64,000 nucleotides of DNA from Nitrosopumilus sp. (lineage in GTDB: Archaea > Thermoproteota > Nitrososphaeria > Nitrososphaerales > Nitrosopumilaceae): positions 448,001 through 512,000 of the forward strand of contig OY759726.1 in NCBI GenBank assembly GCA_963662625.1. The letters are read 5' to 3'. Under the pieces are notes generated by a model, which worked only from the letters and a program-made list of their open reading frames with translations, was not told where the DNA came from and did not search any database. A program made the position numbers and the translations under genes. Each line of letters opens with the position of its first letter. The stretch's first letter is position 1. This document shows, in pieces, positions 48,414-58,390 of this stretch.

Positions 48414-48923
48414 GCTCCGCTTTGCCTTCTCCGCGCTCAGGATGCCGTCCTTGGGGATCACCGCGACGCCGGCCTCGCCTCCCAGCACCTCCACCAGTAT
48501 GATCTTGTCGGGATCCTCAAGCGAGACCCTGTTGGGAAACTTTTTGGCGATCCTGGAGATCAGGTCCCGCCCGGAGATGTCCGAGTCCCTCTTCTCGATC
48601 GAGATCCTGTACGTGTCCCCCTCCGCGATCCCCCCGCGGACGGCCTCCACGGCCTCCTCTATCTCCTCGATCCGCGCCGCGGCGGCTGCCTGGACCGGTA
48701 TCATCCGGAGGCAGTAACGCAGGTGCCACGGCTCGTCGGCCAGGCGCTCGCGGGTCTTCCTGATCACCATCGACGGGTCCAGGCCCGTCTCGGCCGTCAG
48801 GATCCCAGGCATCCGGGTTATGGAGATCGCGTGGCCCGCGTCCCCGAGGCCCTCCAGGATCCCCCCGAGCTCCCCCGCGGCCTCCCGTTCCAGGCGCCTG
48901 GCGCACGTGACGATGAGGTTCAA
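48402..48923 (-). CDS. THUMP domain RNA-binding protein
   Basis: NLIVTC..E.EA..E, R.IPV, TYRISIEKR, VSLEDPD.IILVEV. Confidence 0.85.
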   Translation of the reverse strand: MNLIVTCARRLEREAAGELGGILEGLGDAGHAISITRMPGILTAETGLDPSMVIRKTRERLADEPWHLRYCLRMIPVQAAAAARIEEIEEAVEAVRGGIAEGDTYRISIEKRDSDISGRDLISRIAKKFPNRVSLEDPDKIILVEVLGGEAGVAVIPKDGILSAEKAKRSLAE

Positions 48924-49522
48924 AGCGCCGCCAGGACCTCCTCCCTCGTGACCGCCCCCTCCCTGTGGATCCTCAGCTCGCCGCCGGCAAACTCGATGAT
49001 CGTGGACTCGCCGCCGCCCGCGAGCACCCCGCCGTCAAGAAGCAGGTCGTAGCCGTCCACGCTCCTCTCGCATTCCGCGGGGTCGGTGGCCGATCCCGCT
49101 CCCGAGACGTTGGCGCTAGTCCCGACCAGGTACCTGCACCGCCTCAGCAGATCCAGCGTGCACCTGTGGCCCGGCACCCTTACCGCCACCTTCTCCCCCA
49201 CGTTCAGCGTGTCCCTCAGCCTCCGGTCCCGGACGCCCAGGACGATCGTCAGCGGGCCGGGCCACAGCCTGTCGGCCACCTTCGCGGAGCTGCCGTCGAG
49301 GCGGGCAATCTCCCTGGCGGCCTCCGCGGAGTACGCCAGCACCGGCAGCGGGTTTGCCGGGTCCCTGTTTTTGATGCTGTAGATCCTCCCCACAGCGGCC
49401 TTGTCAAACGGGTCGCACCCGATGCCGTAGACCGTGTCGGTGGGGAAGACGACCACCCCTCCCCCGGACAGGATCCTGGCCGCCTCCGTTATGCCGCGCG
49501 GATCGCACCTGGCCCTCATCAT
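48920..49522 (-). CDS. L-threonylcarbamoyladenylate synthase (Sua5/TsaC)
   Basis: VVVFPTDTVYGIG, IYSIKNR, WPGPLT, VRVP, TSAN.SG, STI. Confidence 0.93.
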   Translation of the reverse strand: MMRARCDPRGITEAARILSGGGVVVFPTDTVYGIGCDPFDKAAVGRIYSIKNRDPANPLPVLAYSAEAAREIARLDGSSAKVADRLWPGPLTIVLGVRDRRLRDTLNVGEKVAVRVPGHRCTLDLLRRCRYLVGTSANVSGAGSATDPAECERSVDGYDLLLDGGVLAGGGESTIIEFAGGELRIHREGAVTREEVLAAL

Positions 49523-49776
49523 ACACCGGGGGCGGCCATCTTTAATTATTCATTCCCCCGCGGCGCCTGGCGGCTCCCGCCTGGCGGCCCCTGCGGCGCC
49601 GCGCCGGGCGCGGGCCTCCCGCGCGCAGACCCGGCTCCCCCCGGCACGGCAGGCGCGGGCCCGGGCTCGCTCCCTCCCGCCCCCGGCAGGTTTTTAACCG
49701 CGGGCCCGGCGAGGAGACCCATGCGGTCCCTGCCGCCCGACTTTGAGGACAACGACTTCGAGGACGACCTTGACGA

Positions 49777-50064
49777 CTAGATCCTGAGGCCGAAGCTGTC
49801 TGCAAACCTGCTAAACGTGTAGTACGCCTGCAGGAACTCCCGTCCCGACGGGCTGATCCTGTACCTGCTGGATCCCTGCTGCCCGACCTGCTCGAGCAGC
49901 CCCTGCAGGACCAGCGTCTTCAGGATCCTCGAGATCCTCGAGTGGGAGACGTTCGCCTTCCTGATTAGGTAGGTCACGGTGGCCCCGTCCTCGCCCTCGA
50001 GGTCGTTGCACGCGGTGTACAGTATGTCCCCGATGATCCTCATGCGCGTCCTGTGCCCGGCCAT
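49777..50064 (-). CDS. Winged-HTH transcriptional regulator
   Basis: R....IIGDIL......T.LI.KANVS..R....L..L...GL......Y.I...G..FL. Confidence 0.82.
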   Translation of the reverse strand: MAGHRTRMRIIGDILYTACNDLEGEDGATVTYLIRKANVSHSRISRILKTLVLQGLLEQVGQQGSSRYRISPSGREFLQAYYTFSRFADSFGLRI

Positions 50065-50187
50065 GCTTACCCGTGGTAGCTAATGGCGCAATCCCTATGA
50101 TAGCGGGTTGATGTCTTGCAATATACCAAAAAGGTAAAAGAAGTTGACAAGGGTGCCCGAAGGCGCGCGGCAGGCCGCCGGGCCGCC

Positions 50188-50826
50188 CTAGGGGGCCCCG
50201 TCGAACCTCATCCGGGTCAGCGGGATCTTGCTTACCGGGATGAACAGGCAGACCAGCCCGGCTATCTTGATCGAGATGGACGCGTAATACAGGACTGGCT
50301 CCGGGACGACGAACGAGTACCACCCCAGGAACTCGCCGAACGCCAGCAGCGCGAGCCCCGCGGCGACGGATATCGCCCCCTTGTTCCTGTTCTCGGAATA
50401 CGACAGGATGGTCTCGATGGCGCCGTATGCCAGCAGGATGAACGACACGGAGCGGAAGATGTGCTCGATCTGCACCGAGGACACCAGGAACAGGGGCAGC
50501 GCCCCCACGCTCCGGAAGTACCTCGACTTTGGCATGAACGACTTGATGCTGTGCGACAGGGCGATGAAGAAATACCCCACCGTCTGGATCCCGATCCCCA
50601 GCGTCTGTATCCATTTCTCGATCCCCCCGGACTTTATGAAGAGGTCCTCTGCCATGTACCCCGTCCACACCACGCCGAACCCCACGCTGATCGAAAAGAA
50701 CGCGATCGTCAGCCTGAACAGCGTCGGGCTGCCGGTGTTCCTGAAGCCGATCAGCGACATCGCCCCTATCACGAGCCCCACCAGGAAGCCTATCAGGTTG
50801 AGTATGCTCTCGAACAGGAACTCCAA
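50188..50826 (-). CDS. Multi-pass membrane protein
   Basis: About 6-7 hydrophobic segments. Confidence 0.78.
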   Translation of the reverse strand: MEFLFESILNLIGFLVGLVIGAMSLIGFRNTGSPTLFRLTIAFFSISVGFGVVWTGYMAEDLFIKSGGIEKWIQTLGIGIQTVGYFFIALSHSIKSFMPKSRYFRSVGALPLFLVSSVQIEHIFRSVSFILLAYGAIETILSYSENRNKGAISVAAGLALLAFGEFLGWYSFVVPEPVLYYASISIKIAGLVCLFIPVSKIPLTRMRFDGAP

Positions 50827-50869
50827 CAGTGCTAGGAGCCCCGCTCATTATTTTAACCTGCTGAGCGCG

Positions 50870-51082
50870 TCAGTCCCACTCGTCCAGCGAGCCCGACGTC
50901 TGGCCCTCCGTGCTGCCCGCATAGTCCCCGAGTATGTCCGAGTACGCCGCCTCGTTGTGCGCGACGAACTTCACGTACTCGCCGTAGCTCATGTCCAGGT
51001 CGCACTTTTCGCACGTGACGAACGCAAAGTCCATCGAGAGTTCCGCGTTTTCCTTGCACTTGGGGCACTTTATCTTCAACAC
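50870..51082 (-). CDS. Small zinc-finger protein
   Basis: CPKC...CEKC with acidic tail. Confidence 0.72.
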   Translation of the reverse strand: MLKIKCPKCKENAELSMDFAFVTCEKCDLDMSYGEYVKFVAHNEAAYSDILGDYAGSTEGQTSGSLDEWD

Positions 51083-51316
51083 GTGGGTTTGGCCCAGATA
51101 ACTATTATTGCTTTACGCGGCCCCCGCCCGGGGATCACGCCGCCGGGCCCGCGGGGCGGGGCCGGCGCGGGCATGCCCCGGGCGGGCGCGGACGCGCGGT
51201 GGCCGCCCGGGCGCGGACGCCCCGGCGGATCGGCCCCCGGGGGCTCGCGGGCCGTGCTCCCCCAGGCGCGGATCCGCTAGACAAGAGATAAAAGTGGTCT
51301 GCCCCGGAAGACCCCC

Positions 51317-51598
51317 ATGGGCAGCGCGTGCACGAAATGCAAGGCGGCCATCGCCGACGGCGAGGAGATCGACCCGGTCGCCGCAAAGTACCCCGCCTGC
51401 GGCAAGTGCTGGGCAGAGTGGAAGGAGTACCGCGTCATGGTCATGAACGAGATGAGGCTGGACATGTCCATGCCGGACCACAGGAAGCTGCTTAAAAAGC
51501 ACGAGAAGATCTTCGTCGGCGTCCTGTCCCCGGAGGGAGACGTGATCGACTATGCCAACGAGGACAACAGGAGTCCGGACAAGCCCCCTGAGCCCTAG
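51317..51598 (+). CDS. YggX-like Fe(II)-trafficking protein
   Basis: C.KCW.EW......MNE.RLD....HRK.L. Confidence 0.75.
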   Translation: MGSACTKCKAAIADGEEIDPVAAKYPACGKCWAEWKEYRVMVMNEMRLDMSMPDHRKLLKKHEKIFVGVLSPEGDVIDYANEDNRSPDKPPEP

Positions 51599-52056
51599 AG
51601 CCCCAGGCGCTCCCTTGCGCCGTCCGGGACTACCAGCAGGACGGCCCTCTTCCGCCCCTCCGGGAGCCGGGCGACCACCCTCCCCACCGTCCTGGAGATT
51701 ACCGCCTGCTCCTCCCCGCCCAGCGTCAGGAACACCCCCAGTATGCCGTCCAGGTGGAATCGGATCAGCGTCTCCGGGGACCTGGCCGCCTCGTCGACGT
51801 ATGCGGCGAACAGCTCCTCCCGTTGCCCCTCCGGGAACGCCGCCACCACCTCCAGCCAGGTCTTGAACAGCCTTGAAAAGTTGTGGAACGGGATCGAGGG
51901 GCCGGCCTCCAGCGCGTTGACTATGACCTCCCTCCTCTCGGGCCCCGCCAGCGAGAAGAACTCCGCCATCCTCTTCCTCAGTATGGGCTTCCTGAGGAAA
52001 TCTGGGAGGCTCGCCAGGTTCACGATTATGTTTCCCGCGTAGTTGGGCCCGGACAC
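51595..52056 (-). CDS. Conserved hypothetical protein
   Basis: Host-like codon usage; NLASLPDFLRKPIL..RM.EFF. Confidence 0.72.
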   Translation of the reverse strand: MSGPNYAGNIIVNLASLPDFLRKPILRKRMAEFFSLAGPERREVIVNALEAGPSIPFHNFSRLFKTWLEVVAAFPEGQREELFAAYVDEAARSPETLIRFHLDGILGVFLTLGGEEQAVISRTVGRVVARLPEGRKRAVLLVVPDGARERLGL

Positions 52057-52483
52057 GGCTGATCCACTCCCCCCTCGGATATTAAGCCATGCGGCGCGCG
52101 CCTCCGGGCCCAGTAGATCGAAATGCGCCCCGGCGGGATGCCGGCCAGCGTGTCCTGGCCCGGTACGGGAACGTTTTGGACAGAAAAACCAACTGGTCAG
52201 GCGCCCCCGTAACCCGTCATGTACCCACGAAGTGCCCCCCGCCGCCCTTGCACCGGTTCCCCGCCCCGGAAGCCTTCACGCGGTTCCTTGCCGGAGCCGG
52301 CAGCCCGTTTGTTTGCTTCCTGGAGCGCTTATGGCAGGTACCGCCCGGAGCCGGCTTCTTGCGGGGCACGCATGGTTACCGGGGCCCGCGCCCGGGCGGC
52401 CGGACGCGGCTCGCGTGCCCGTGACGCCGGCGGGCCCTGCGGCATCGCTTTAGCTTAAATACGCGGGGGCCCAGCCCAACACT

Positions 52484-53497
52484 GTGGCGTCCACTGTGGT
52501 CGTCGGCGGGTTTTTCGGCGACGAGGGAAAGGGCAAGATCATCTCGTACCTGGCCGCGAGGGACGACCCCGCGATAGTGGTCCGCGGCGGCGCGGGCCCC
52601 AACGCCGGCCACACCATAAGCGACGGCGAGAGGGTCTACAAGGTGCGGATGCTGCCCAGCGGGTTCCTGAACAGGCGATCCAGGGTGATGATCGGCCCCG
52701 GCGTCGTGGTCAACCCCGGGGTCCTGCTGGGCGAGATCAGCGACTTTGGGGTGGCGGGCCGCGCGTTCGTTGACGGCAACTGCGGCATCATAGAGGAAGA
52801 CCACCTGGCCAGGGACTCCAGGGGGGACCTAAAGGAGAAGATAGGCAGCACCGGCTCGGGGACGGGCCCCGCCAACGCCGACAGGGCCATGAGGACCCTG
52901 AGGCTCGCGAGGGACGTGGACTCGCTCTCCTCCCTGGTGGCCGACGTGCCCGGGGAGGTGAACCGGGCGCTGGGCTCGGGCGAGCGCGTCCTCGTGGAGG
53001 GGACGCAGGGCACGTTCCTCTCCCTGTGGCACGGCACGTACCCGTTCGTGACGTCCAAGGACGTCACGGCGTCGGGCATCTGCGCCGACGTGGGCCTGGG
53101 CCCGAAGAGCGTCGGCGAGGTCATAGTGGTATTCAAGTCGTACGTGACGCGCGTGGGGACCGGGCCGCTGGAAAAGGAGCTCACGCCCGAGGAGGCCAGG
53201 GGCCGCGGCTGGTCCGAGTTCGGCACCGTCACCGGCAGGCAGAGGCGCGCGGCGGACTTTGACTTCGGCCTGGCCAGGCGCGCGGTCATGCTCAACGGCG
53301 CGACGCAGGTCGCGATCACGAAGCTGGACGTCCTTTTTCCCGCCTGCGCGGGCAGGACGTCCTACGACGGGCTCCAGCCCGAGGCGAGGGGCTTCATACG
53401 CGGCATAGAGGAGGGGCTTGGCGTGCCCGTCACGCTCATCGGCACCGGCCCCGGGGCGGCCGAGGTCGTAGACAGGAGGGGCGGGGTTCTTGGATAG
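52484..53497 (+). CDS. purA: Adenylosuccinate synthetase (short archaeal type)
   Basis: GDEGKGK, GPNAGHT, IGSTGSG.GPA, EGTQG, GTYPFVTS, GTVTGR.RR. Confidence 0.96.
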   Translation: MASTVVVGGFFGDEGKGKIISYLAARDDPAIVVRGGAGPNAGHTISDGERVYKVRMLPSGFLNRRSRVMIGPGVVVNPGVLLGEISDFGVAGRAFVDGNCGIIEEDHLARDSRGDLKEKIGSTGSGTGPANADRAMRTLRLARDVDSLSSLVADVPGEVNRALGSGERVLVEGTQGTFLSLWHGTYPFVTSKDVTASGICADVGLGPKSVGEVIVVFKSYVTRVGTGPLEKELTPEEARGRGWSEFGTVTGRQRRAADFDFGLARRAVMLNGATQVAITKLDVLFPACAGRTSYDGLQPEARGFIRGIEEGLGVPVTLIGTGPGAAEVVDRRGGVLG

Positions 53498-53527
53498 GTT
53501 TAATTTGTCAGCGCGCGCAAGGCTTCC

Positions 53528-54190
53528 GTGGACAGGTTACCCCGCTACATCCAAGTCCATTCGACGCTGGAATTTTCCAGGATGGTCTGCGCCCTAGAGC
53601 ACTCCCCGCGCGTGTCCTTCCTCCACGAGCACGACGGGAGGAAGGTCCTGTCGGTGCAGATGGACATACTCAAGGAAAAGCCCGTGGTGTACTTTACCCC
53701 GCTCGAGCACCGCGGGGACTACCTGTGCTACGGCATGAGGGGCGGGAAGGAGGAGTCCACGGTGGTCGACTCCACCTCGGACGCCAGCAAGATGTACTCC
53801 CCGATCGTCAGGATAAAGTCGCTCCCGTCCACGCTGAGGCCCGGCAACGGCACGCTTGACAGGTACCAGCCCATAGAGCTCGAGGACGTGTCCAGCCTCG
53901 CGAAGCTCACCTGGGGGCTCGAGGACGTCCCGTTCCCGCTGTTCCTGTTCCCCAGGAACGACAAGTGGCTCATGGGCGTCTTCATGACGTTCAACGACGA
54001 CGGGCCGTCCTACTTTTGCCACGTGGTCCTTGACAGCGAGCCCGAGAAGCCGTTCCTGAAGTTTTCGGCCAACGGCGGGACGGAGCCCACGTTCGTGGAC
54101 GGGCCGTCGGATCACGGCTACTCGTACACCAAGATCATAAAACTGAAGGACACCCACCCGCTAGTCGACTATGGACACCTTCAGAACTAG
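53528..54190 (+). CDS. Conserved hypothetical protein
   Basis: Host-like codon usage; located between purA and pyrF. Confidence 0.75.
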   Translation: MDRLPRYIQVHSTLEFSRMVCALEHSPRVSFLHEHDGRKVLSVQMDILKEKPVVYFTPLEHRGDYLCYGMRGGKEESTVVDSTSDASKMYSPIVRIKSLPSTLRPGNGTLDRYQPIELEDVSSLAKLTWGLEDVPFPLFLFPRNDKWLMGVFMTFNDDGPSYFCHVVLDSEPEKPFLKFSANGGTEPTFVDGPSDHGYSYTKIIKLKDTHPLVDYGHLQN

Positions 54191-54899
54191 GCTGTCCCGG
54201 ATCTCCGGGAAGAACGGCAGGGTGATCCTCGCGTGCGACCACGGGGGCGGCTCCGGGGACCTGGAGGCGCGGGCGATCCGGAGCATAGAGGAGCTGCACC
54301 CCTTCCTGTGCGGCGTGAAGCTGAACTTCCACCTGCTGCTGCCGCTGGGCGCCGGGGGGATCTCGAGGATCACCGGCGCGGCCCGCAGGCACGGCCTGCA
54401 GGCGATAGCCGACATCAAGCTGAACGACATAGGGAACACCAACGGGATCGCCGCCGGGCGCCTCTGGGACATGGGGTTTGACGCGGTGATCGCGAACCCC
54501 ATAATGGGGCTGGAAAGCATGAGGAGGCTGGCGGCGTCGGCCCACGGGGACGGCAGGGGCGTCATCAGCCTGTGCCACATGAGCGCCCCCGAGGCCAGGC
54601 TTGCCTACGAGATGGAGGTCGGGCCGCGGCGCCTCTACGAGGTCTTCCTGGACTGGGCGATCGAGAGCGGCGCGGACGGGATCATAGTCGGCGCGACCTT
54701 CCCGGAGGTGATCAGGCGCTGCTCGCGGGAGGCGCGCGGGACGCCGTGGGTGTTCTCCCCCGGGGTGGGGGCGCAGGGCGGCAGGCCGTCAGAGGCGCTG
54801 TCGGCGGGATCCGACTACCTCATCGCCGGGAGGGGCATCCTGGACGACCCGGACCCGGCGGCGGCGGCCAGGAGGATGCAGCTAGAGTGCTTCCCGTAG
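54171..54899 (+). CDS. pyrF: Orotidine 5'-phosphate decarboxylase
   Basis: ILACD, ADIKLNDIGNT, VGAT.P, SPGVGAQGG, I.GR.I. Confidence 0.93.
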   Translation: MDTFRTRLSRISGKNGRVILACDHGGGSGDLEARAIRSIEELHPFLCGVKLNFHLLLPLGAGGISRITGAARRHGLQAIADIKLNDIGNTNGIAAGRLWDMGFDAVIANPIMGLESMRRLAASAHGDGRGVISLCHMSAPEARLAYEMEVGPRRLYEVFLDWAIESGADGIIVGATFPEVIRRCSREARGTPWVFSPGVGAQGGRPSEALSAGSDYLIAGRGILDDPDPAAAARRMQLECFP

Positions 54900-55301
54900 C
54901 CGCGCCCGCGACTTTGAGAGGACGCCCCTCGCCTTCTCGAACGTCAGCCTCCCCATCGCGGCCCGGTAGTCCAGCCAGGCGTGGCCGACGTGCTCGTGGG
55001 AGAGCGCCACGTCCCCGGTGCCGGTCTCGCCCAGGAAGAACACGACCTTCTTGTTGATCACCCTGCCCTTGTGCTGGAATCTGTACCTGATCCGCTCCTC
55101 AAAGCCCTCGACGAACTCGATGTCGGTGATCCCGGTCTCCTCCTCGGCCTCCCTGAGCGCGGTCTGGTGCATGGACTCGCCCTCCTCCATCTTTCCCTTC
55201 ACAAAGTCCCAGTGGCCCGCAGGGTAGTGCAGCAGCAGGAACAGCACGCGCGAGCGCTCCCGCCTGAACACCACTATCCCCGCCGACGTCTTCCGTATCA
55301 C
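54882..55301 (-). CDS. NUDIX hydrolase (Ap4A hydrolase-like)
   Basis: HWDFVKG..E.GE....TALREAEEETG; LSHEH. Confidence 0.9.
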   Translation of the reverse strand: MIRKTSAGIVVFRRERSRVLFLLLHYPAGHWDFVKGKMEEGESMHQTALREAEEETGITDIEFVEGFEERIRYRFQHKGRVINKKVVFFLGETGTGDVALSHEHVGHAWLDYRAAMGRLTFEKARGVLSKSRARLREAL

Positions 55302-56089
55302 TTCCCCATCTTCCTCCTCCGCTTCTGGAACGTCCTGATGGCCCTCATCAGGTCGATCTTCCTAAAGTCCGGCCAGAAGATGTCTATGAACACCAGCTCG
55401 CTGTACGCGCTCTGCCACATCAGGAACCCGCTCAGCCTCTTCTCCCCCGACGTCCTCAGTATCATGTCCGGCGACGGCTGGGGCAGGTGCGAGGTGTACA
55501 GGTTCGACTCGATCTCCTTCTTGTCGATGTCGTCTACGTCGAGCGAGCCGTCCTTTATCTTGCCCCCGATCTTCTTCACGGCGTCGACCATCTCGTTCTG
55601 CCCGCCGTACGCCAGCGCGATGTTCAGGAAGTGGTCGTCGTAGCCCCTGGTGGCCTCGTCCAGCCTCCCCAGGACCCCCCTTATCGAGTCGGGCAGCAGC
55701 TCGATCCTGCCTATCCCCTTGACCCTCATCCTGTTCCTGTGGATCCTCGGGTCGGCGCAAAGCTTCTCCAGCCTGGCCAGTATCAGATCGTAGAGGAGGG
55801 CCAGCTCGCGGTCGTCCCTGGACAGGTTCTCGGCCGACAGCGCGTACAGCGTGATGGTCTTTATGTCGAACTCCTCGCACCAGTCCAGGAGGTCCTCCAC
55901 CGCGTTGGCGCCGTTCCAGTGGCCCGTCCTGGACATGCTGAGGTGCTTCCTGGCCCACCGCCTGTTCCCGTCCAGGATCAGCGCGACGTGGTTCGGGATG
56001 TCGCCGTGGCGGATCTCGTCTTCGAGCCTCCGCGAGTAGATCCTATACAGGCCGGACGCCTGCAGCAGGGCCTCCTTTATGTTACTCAA
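55298..56089 (-). CDS. uppS: cis-Prenyltransferase (undecaprenyl diphosphate synthase family)
   Basis: PNHVALILDGNRRWA, YALSAEN, YGG..E, RTSGEKRLSGF. Confidence 0.94.
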   Translation of the reverse strand: MSNIKEALLQASGLYRIYSRRLEDEIRHGDIPNHVALILDGNRRWARKHLSMSRTGHWNGANAVEDLLDWCEEFDIKTITLYALSAENLSRDDRELALLYDLILARLEKLCADPRIHRNRMRVKGIGRIELLPDSIRGVLGRLDEATRGYDDHFLNIALAYGGQNEMVDAVKKIGGKIKDGSLDVDDIDKKEIESNLYTSHLPQPSPDMILRTSGEKRLSGFLMWQSAYSELVFIDIFWPDFRKIDLMRAIRTFQKRRRKMGK

Positions 56090-56161
56090 GTGCTGTCACT
56101 CGGTTCTTGCTACGGTTCCCATGAGATATCAGTGTTTTTTCAGAACTCTTAAATCATAGTG

Positions 56162-57307
56162 TCAGCCGGGCTCCATCTCCTGGCTCCTGTTCTTCCTGTA
56201 CTTCCTGTACAGGATCGTGACCGAGATCAGCATCGCCGCGAGCCCCGCCAGCAGGGGCGGGACCAGCGTGAACGAGTTCACGTCGTGTATCAGGATGTTC
56301 GTGAACTGCGCGATCGTGGGGTACAACGCGGCCAGCACTACCAGCCGCAGGATGTCGCTGATCTGCCTGGGCACGCCCCCGATCCAGTTGCTGAGCAGGA
56401 TGCCCGCGAAGATGGCGCCGGCGCCTATCCACAGCATGGGTAGCGCCCCCGCGACGAACTGGCCGATGATCACCTTGTCCGTGATCTGCTCGATCAGCTC
56501 CGCGTTTCCCTCGAGCAGCCGCGCGTCGACCGACTCGATCCCCGCCGGCACCGACGAGAGCATCAGCAGGATCCCCGCGACCATCGTGAAGATCCTGATG
56601 AACCCCATCGGCGTGGGCCTGGACCAGTTGGACAGGGCCCGGTCTATGTCGAACGCCCTGACGATGAACGCGCCGCCCAGGATGCTCAGGAGCACCGCGA
56701 AGATCTCGGTGGTGAGCCCGAGGACCACCCCTATGCCGCCGATCAGCAGGAGTATCCCCGGCACGCCCAGGAAGAACTTGGAGTACTTCGAGTCGTACGC
56801 GATCATCTTCAGGTACTTGCCGAATACCGCGTAAGAGTACTCCACGCTCCTGCTGACCTTCATCACCACCCGCTGGACCGAGATCACCGGCAGGACGTTC
56901 TGGACCACCGGGATGACGCTCTCGTCGTCCTCGCCGTCGGACACTATGACTGCGCCGTTGGCCGAGAAGGCCTGCAGGGCGGCCTTCGTCTCCCTGAGTA
57001 TCTTCTCGTCTGCCTGGACCCCCCTGTCCTTGACGCCCGCGATGGTCACGACCTCGACCTCGTACCCCTTGCTGATCAGGTCCTCGTACGTCTTGATCGC
57101 CGAGAATATCGAGTTGGAGTCGGCGTCCTCCGGATCCTCCAGGGCCAGCCTCTGCGCCGCCTCTATGCACGCGTCCCTGCCGATGACCGGGGTGGCTATC
57201 CCCGCCTTCTCGCCCACGTCGTTGTCCCTGTCTATGCAGATTACCAGCAGCTTGTTTGCGGCGGACGCGTTCACGTCCTTTTCGACCTTGTCGGACCTCT
57301 GGGACAT
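56162..57307 (-). CDS. DUF373 family membrane protein
   Basis: LVICIDRDNDVG.K.GI.TPVIGR, DPEDADSN, VSDG.DDE.V.P. Confidence 0.88.
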   Translation of the reverse strand: MSQRSDKVEKDVNASAANKLLVICIDRDNDVGEKAGIATPVIGRDACIEAAQRLALEDPEDADSNSIFSAIKTYEDLISKGYEVEVVTIAGVKDRGVQADEKILRETKAALQAFSANGAVIVSDGEDDESVIPVVQNVLPVISVQRVVMKVSRSVEYSYAVFGKYLKMIAYDSKYSKFFLGVPGILLLIGGIGVVLGLTTEIFAVLLSILGGAFIVRAFDIDRALSNWSRPTPMGFIRIFTMVAGILLMLSSVPAGIESVDARLLEGNAELIEQITDKVIIGQFVAGALPMLWIGAGAIFAGILLSNWIGGVPRQISDILRLVVLAALYPTIAQFTNILIHDVNSFTLVPPLLAGLAAMLISVTILYRKYRKNRSQEMEPG

Positions 57308-57471
57308 TCCTTAGCTTTGCGCGGGATGACCTTTTAACGATTTCCAACTTTTAAAAATATTATAGTTAGGTTTTGGCGCCCCTCCCGTCCCGGCCGTGGC
57401 CGGGGCGGGGCCCGCTGCCATGCGCGGGCGGGGGCCCGTTCCGGCCGGGGCGCCCGGGGCCCGCCCCGCGG

Positions 57472-57960
57472 TCACGGCCTGGCCCGGTCGGACAGATCCA
57501 CCAGTTCCCGGTATTCCTTCTTGAGCGCGGCGATCTTCTCCAGGTTCTCCGCCGGCCCGCCGCCCCCCTTCATCAGCTCGGCGGCCACCCTGGTCTCGAC
57601 GACGTAGGAGTTGAACTTCCTCAGGGCGTCCATGTAGTTGATGTAGCTCTCCTCCCACTCCCCGGGGGGGTTGGACTTTACGAACTCCGTGATCTGCGCG
57701 GTGACCTGGGACGACGTGGCCTCCGTCGTCTCGACGTACGCGTCTGGCAACACCTTGCCGTCCATCATGCTCTGGAACTCCATGTCGACTGACTCCTCTA
57801 GCACCTCGTGGATTTTTTTTACGCCGTCCAGGTAGTTTTCGTAGTCGCTCACCACGAAGGTGGACGGGTTGTCCTGCGGCACCATCCAAAATACAAAGCT
57901 CGCGCCGGTTATCGCAGCAAGTATGAGTACGGTGATTGCTATGCCCCGCTTGGATGCCAA
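57472..57960 (-). CDS. Hypothetical membrane-anchored protein
   Basis: N-terminal TM GIAITVLILAAITGASFVFW; TTG start inferred. Confidence 0.72.
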   Translation of the reverse strand: MASKRGIAITVLILAAITGASFVFWMVPQDNPSTFVVSDYENYLDGVKKIHEVLEESVDMEFQSMMDGKVLPDAYVETTEATSSQVTAQITEFVKSNPPGEWEESYINYMDALRKFNSYVVETRVAAELMKGGGGPAENLEKIAALKKEYRELVDLSDRARP

Positions 57961-58201
57961 TTTGCAGTGCTTACGGACAGGGTGGTTATAACTTGTGGGC
58001 ATCTCCAGATCGCATCATTGCTGCGGAAAACCGCAAAAAATTAGCACAATCGGCGCATAACTTACAATTATTGAACGAGTGCGCCGGACGCGGGGGATTC
58101 GGCGTCGCGGGCCGCCCGCGGCAACTTACGCGCGTCTATCGTGTGGTGAAATTATTTTTACAGACTCTTCCTAAATACCACTGCGTATGACAACTTTTAG
58201 G

Positions 58202-58348
58202 ATGGCAGAAGCATATTGCGTAAAATGCAGAGCTAAAAGGGAGATAAAGAACCCGAAGAAAACCACGCTAAAGAACGGACGGCCGGCATTGAAGGGAACA
58301 TGTCCCGAATGCAGCACGAACGTCTTTCGAATTGGAAAGGTAGACTAG
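58202..58348 (+). CDS. DUF5679 / Cren7-like 48-aa zinc-ribbon protein (not in the ORF track)
   Basis: MAEAYCVKCRAKREIKNPKKTTLKNGRPALKGTCPECSTNVFRIGKVD. Confidence 0.85.
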   Translation: MAEAYCVKCRAKREIKNPKKTTLKNGRPALKGTCPECSTNVFRIGKVD

Positions 58349-58390
58349 CCTACAAGCACTTCCACTCGATCCCTCTTTTTCAAAAACCGC

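Noticed and set aside
52090-52450. SRP or RNase P RNA upstream of purA
   Set aside because: Conserved SRP helix-8 and RNase P P4 motifs were not found.
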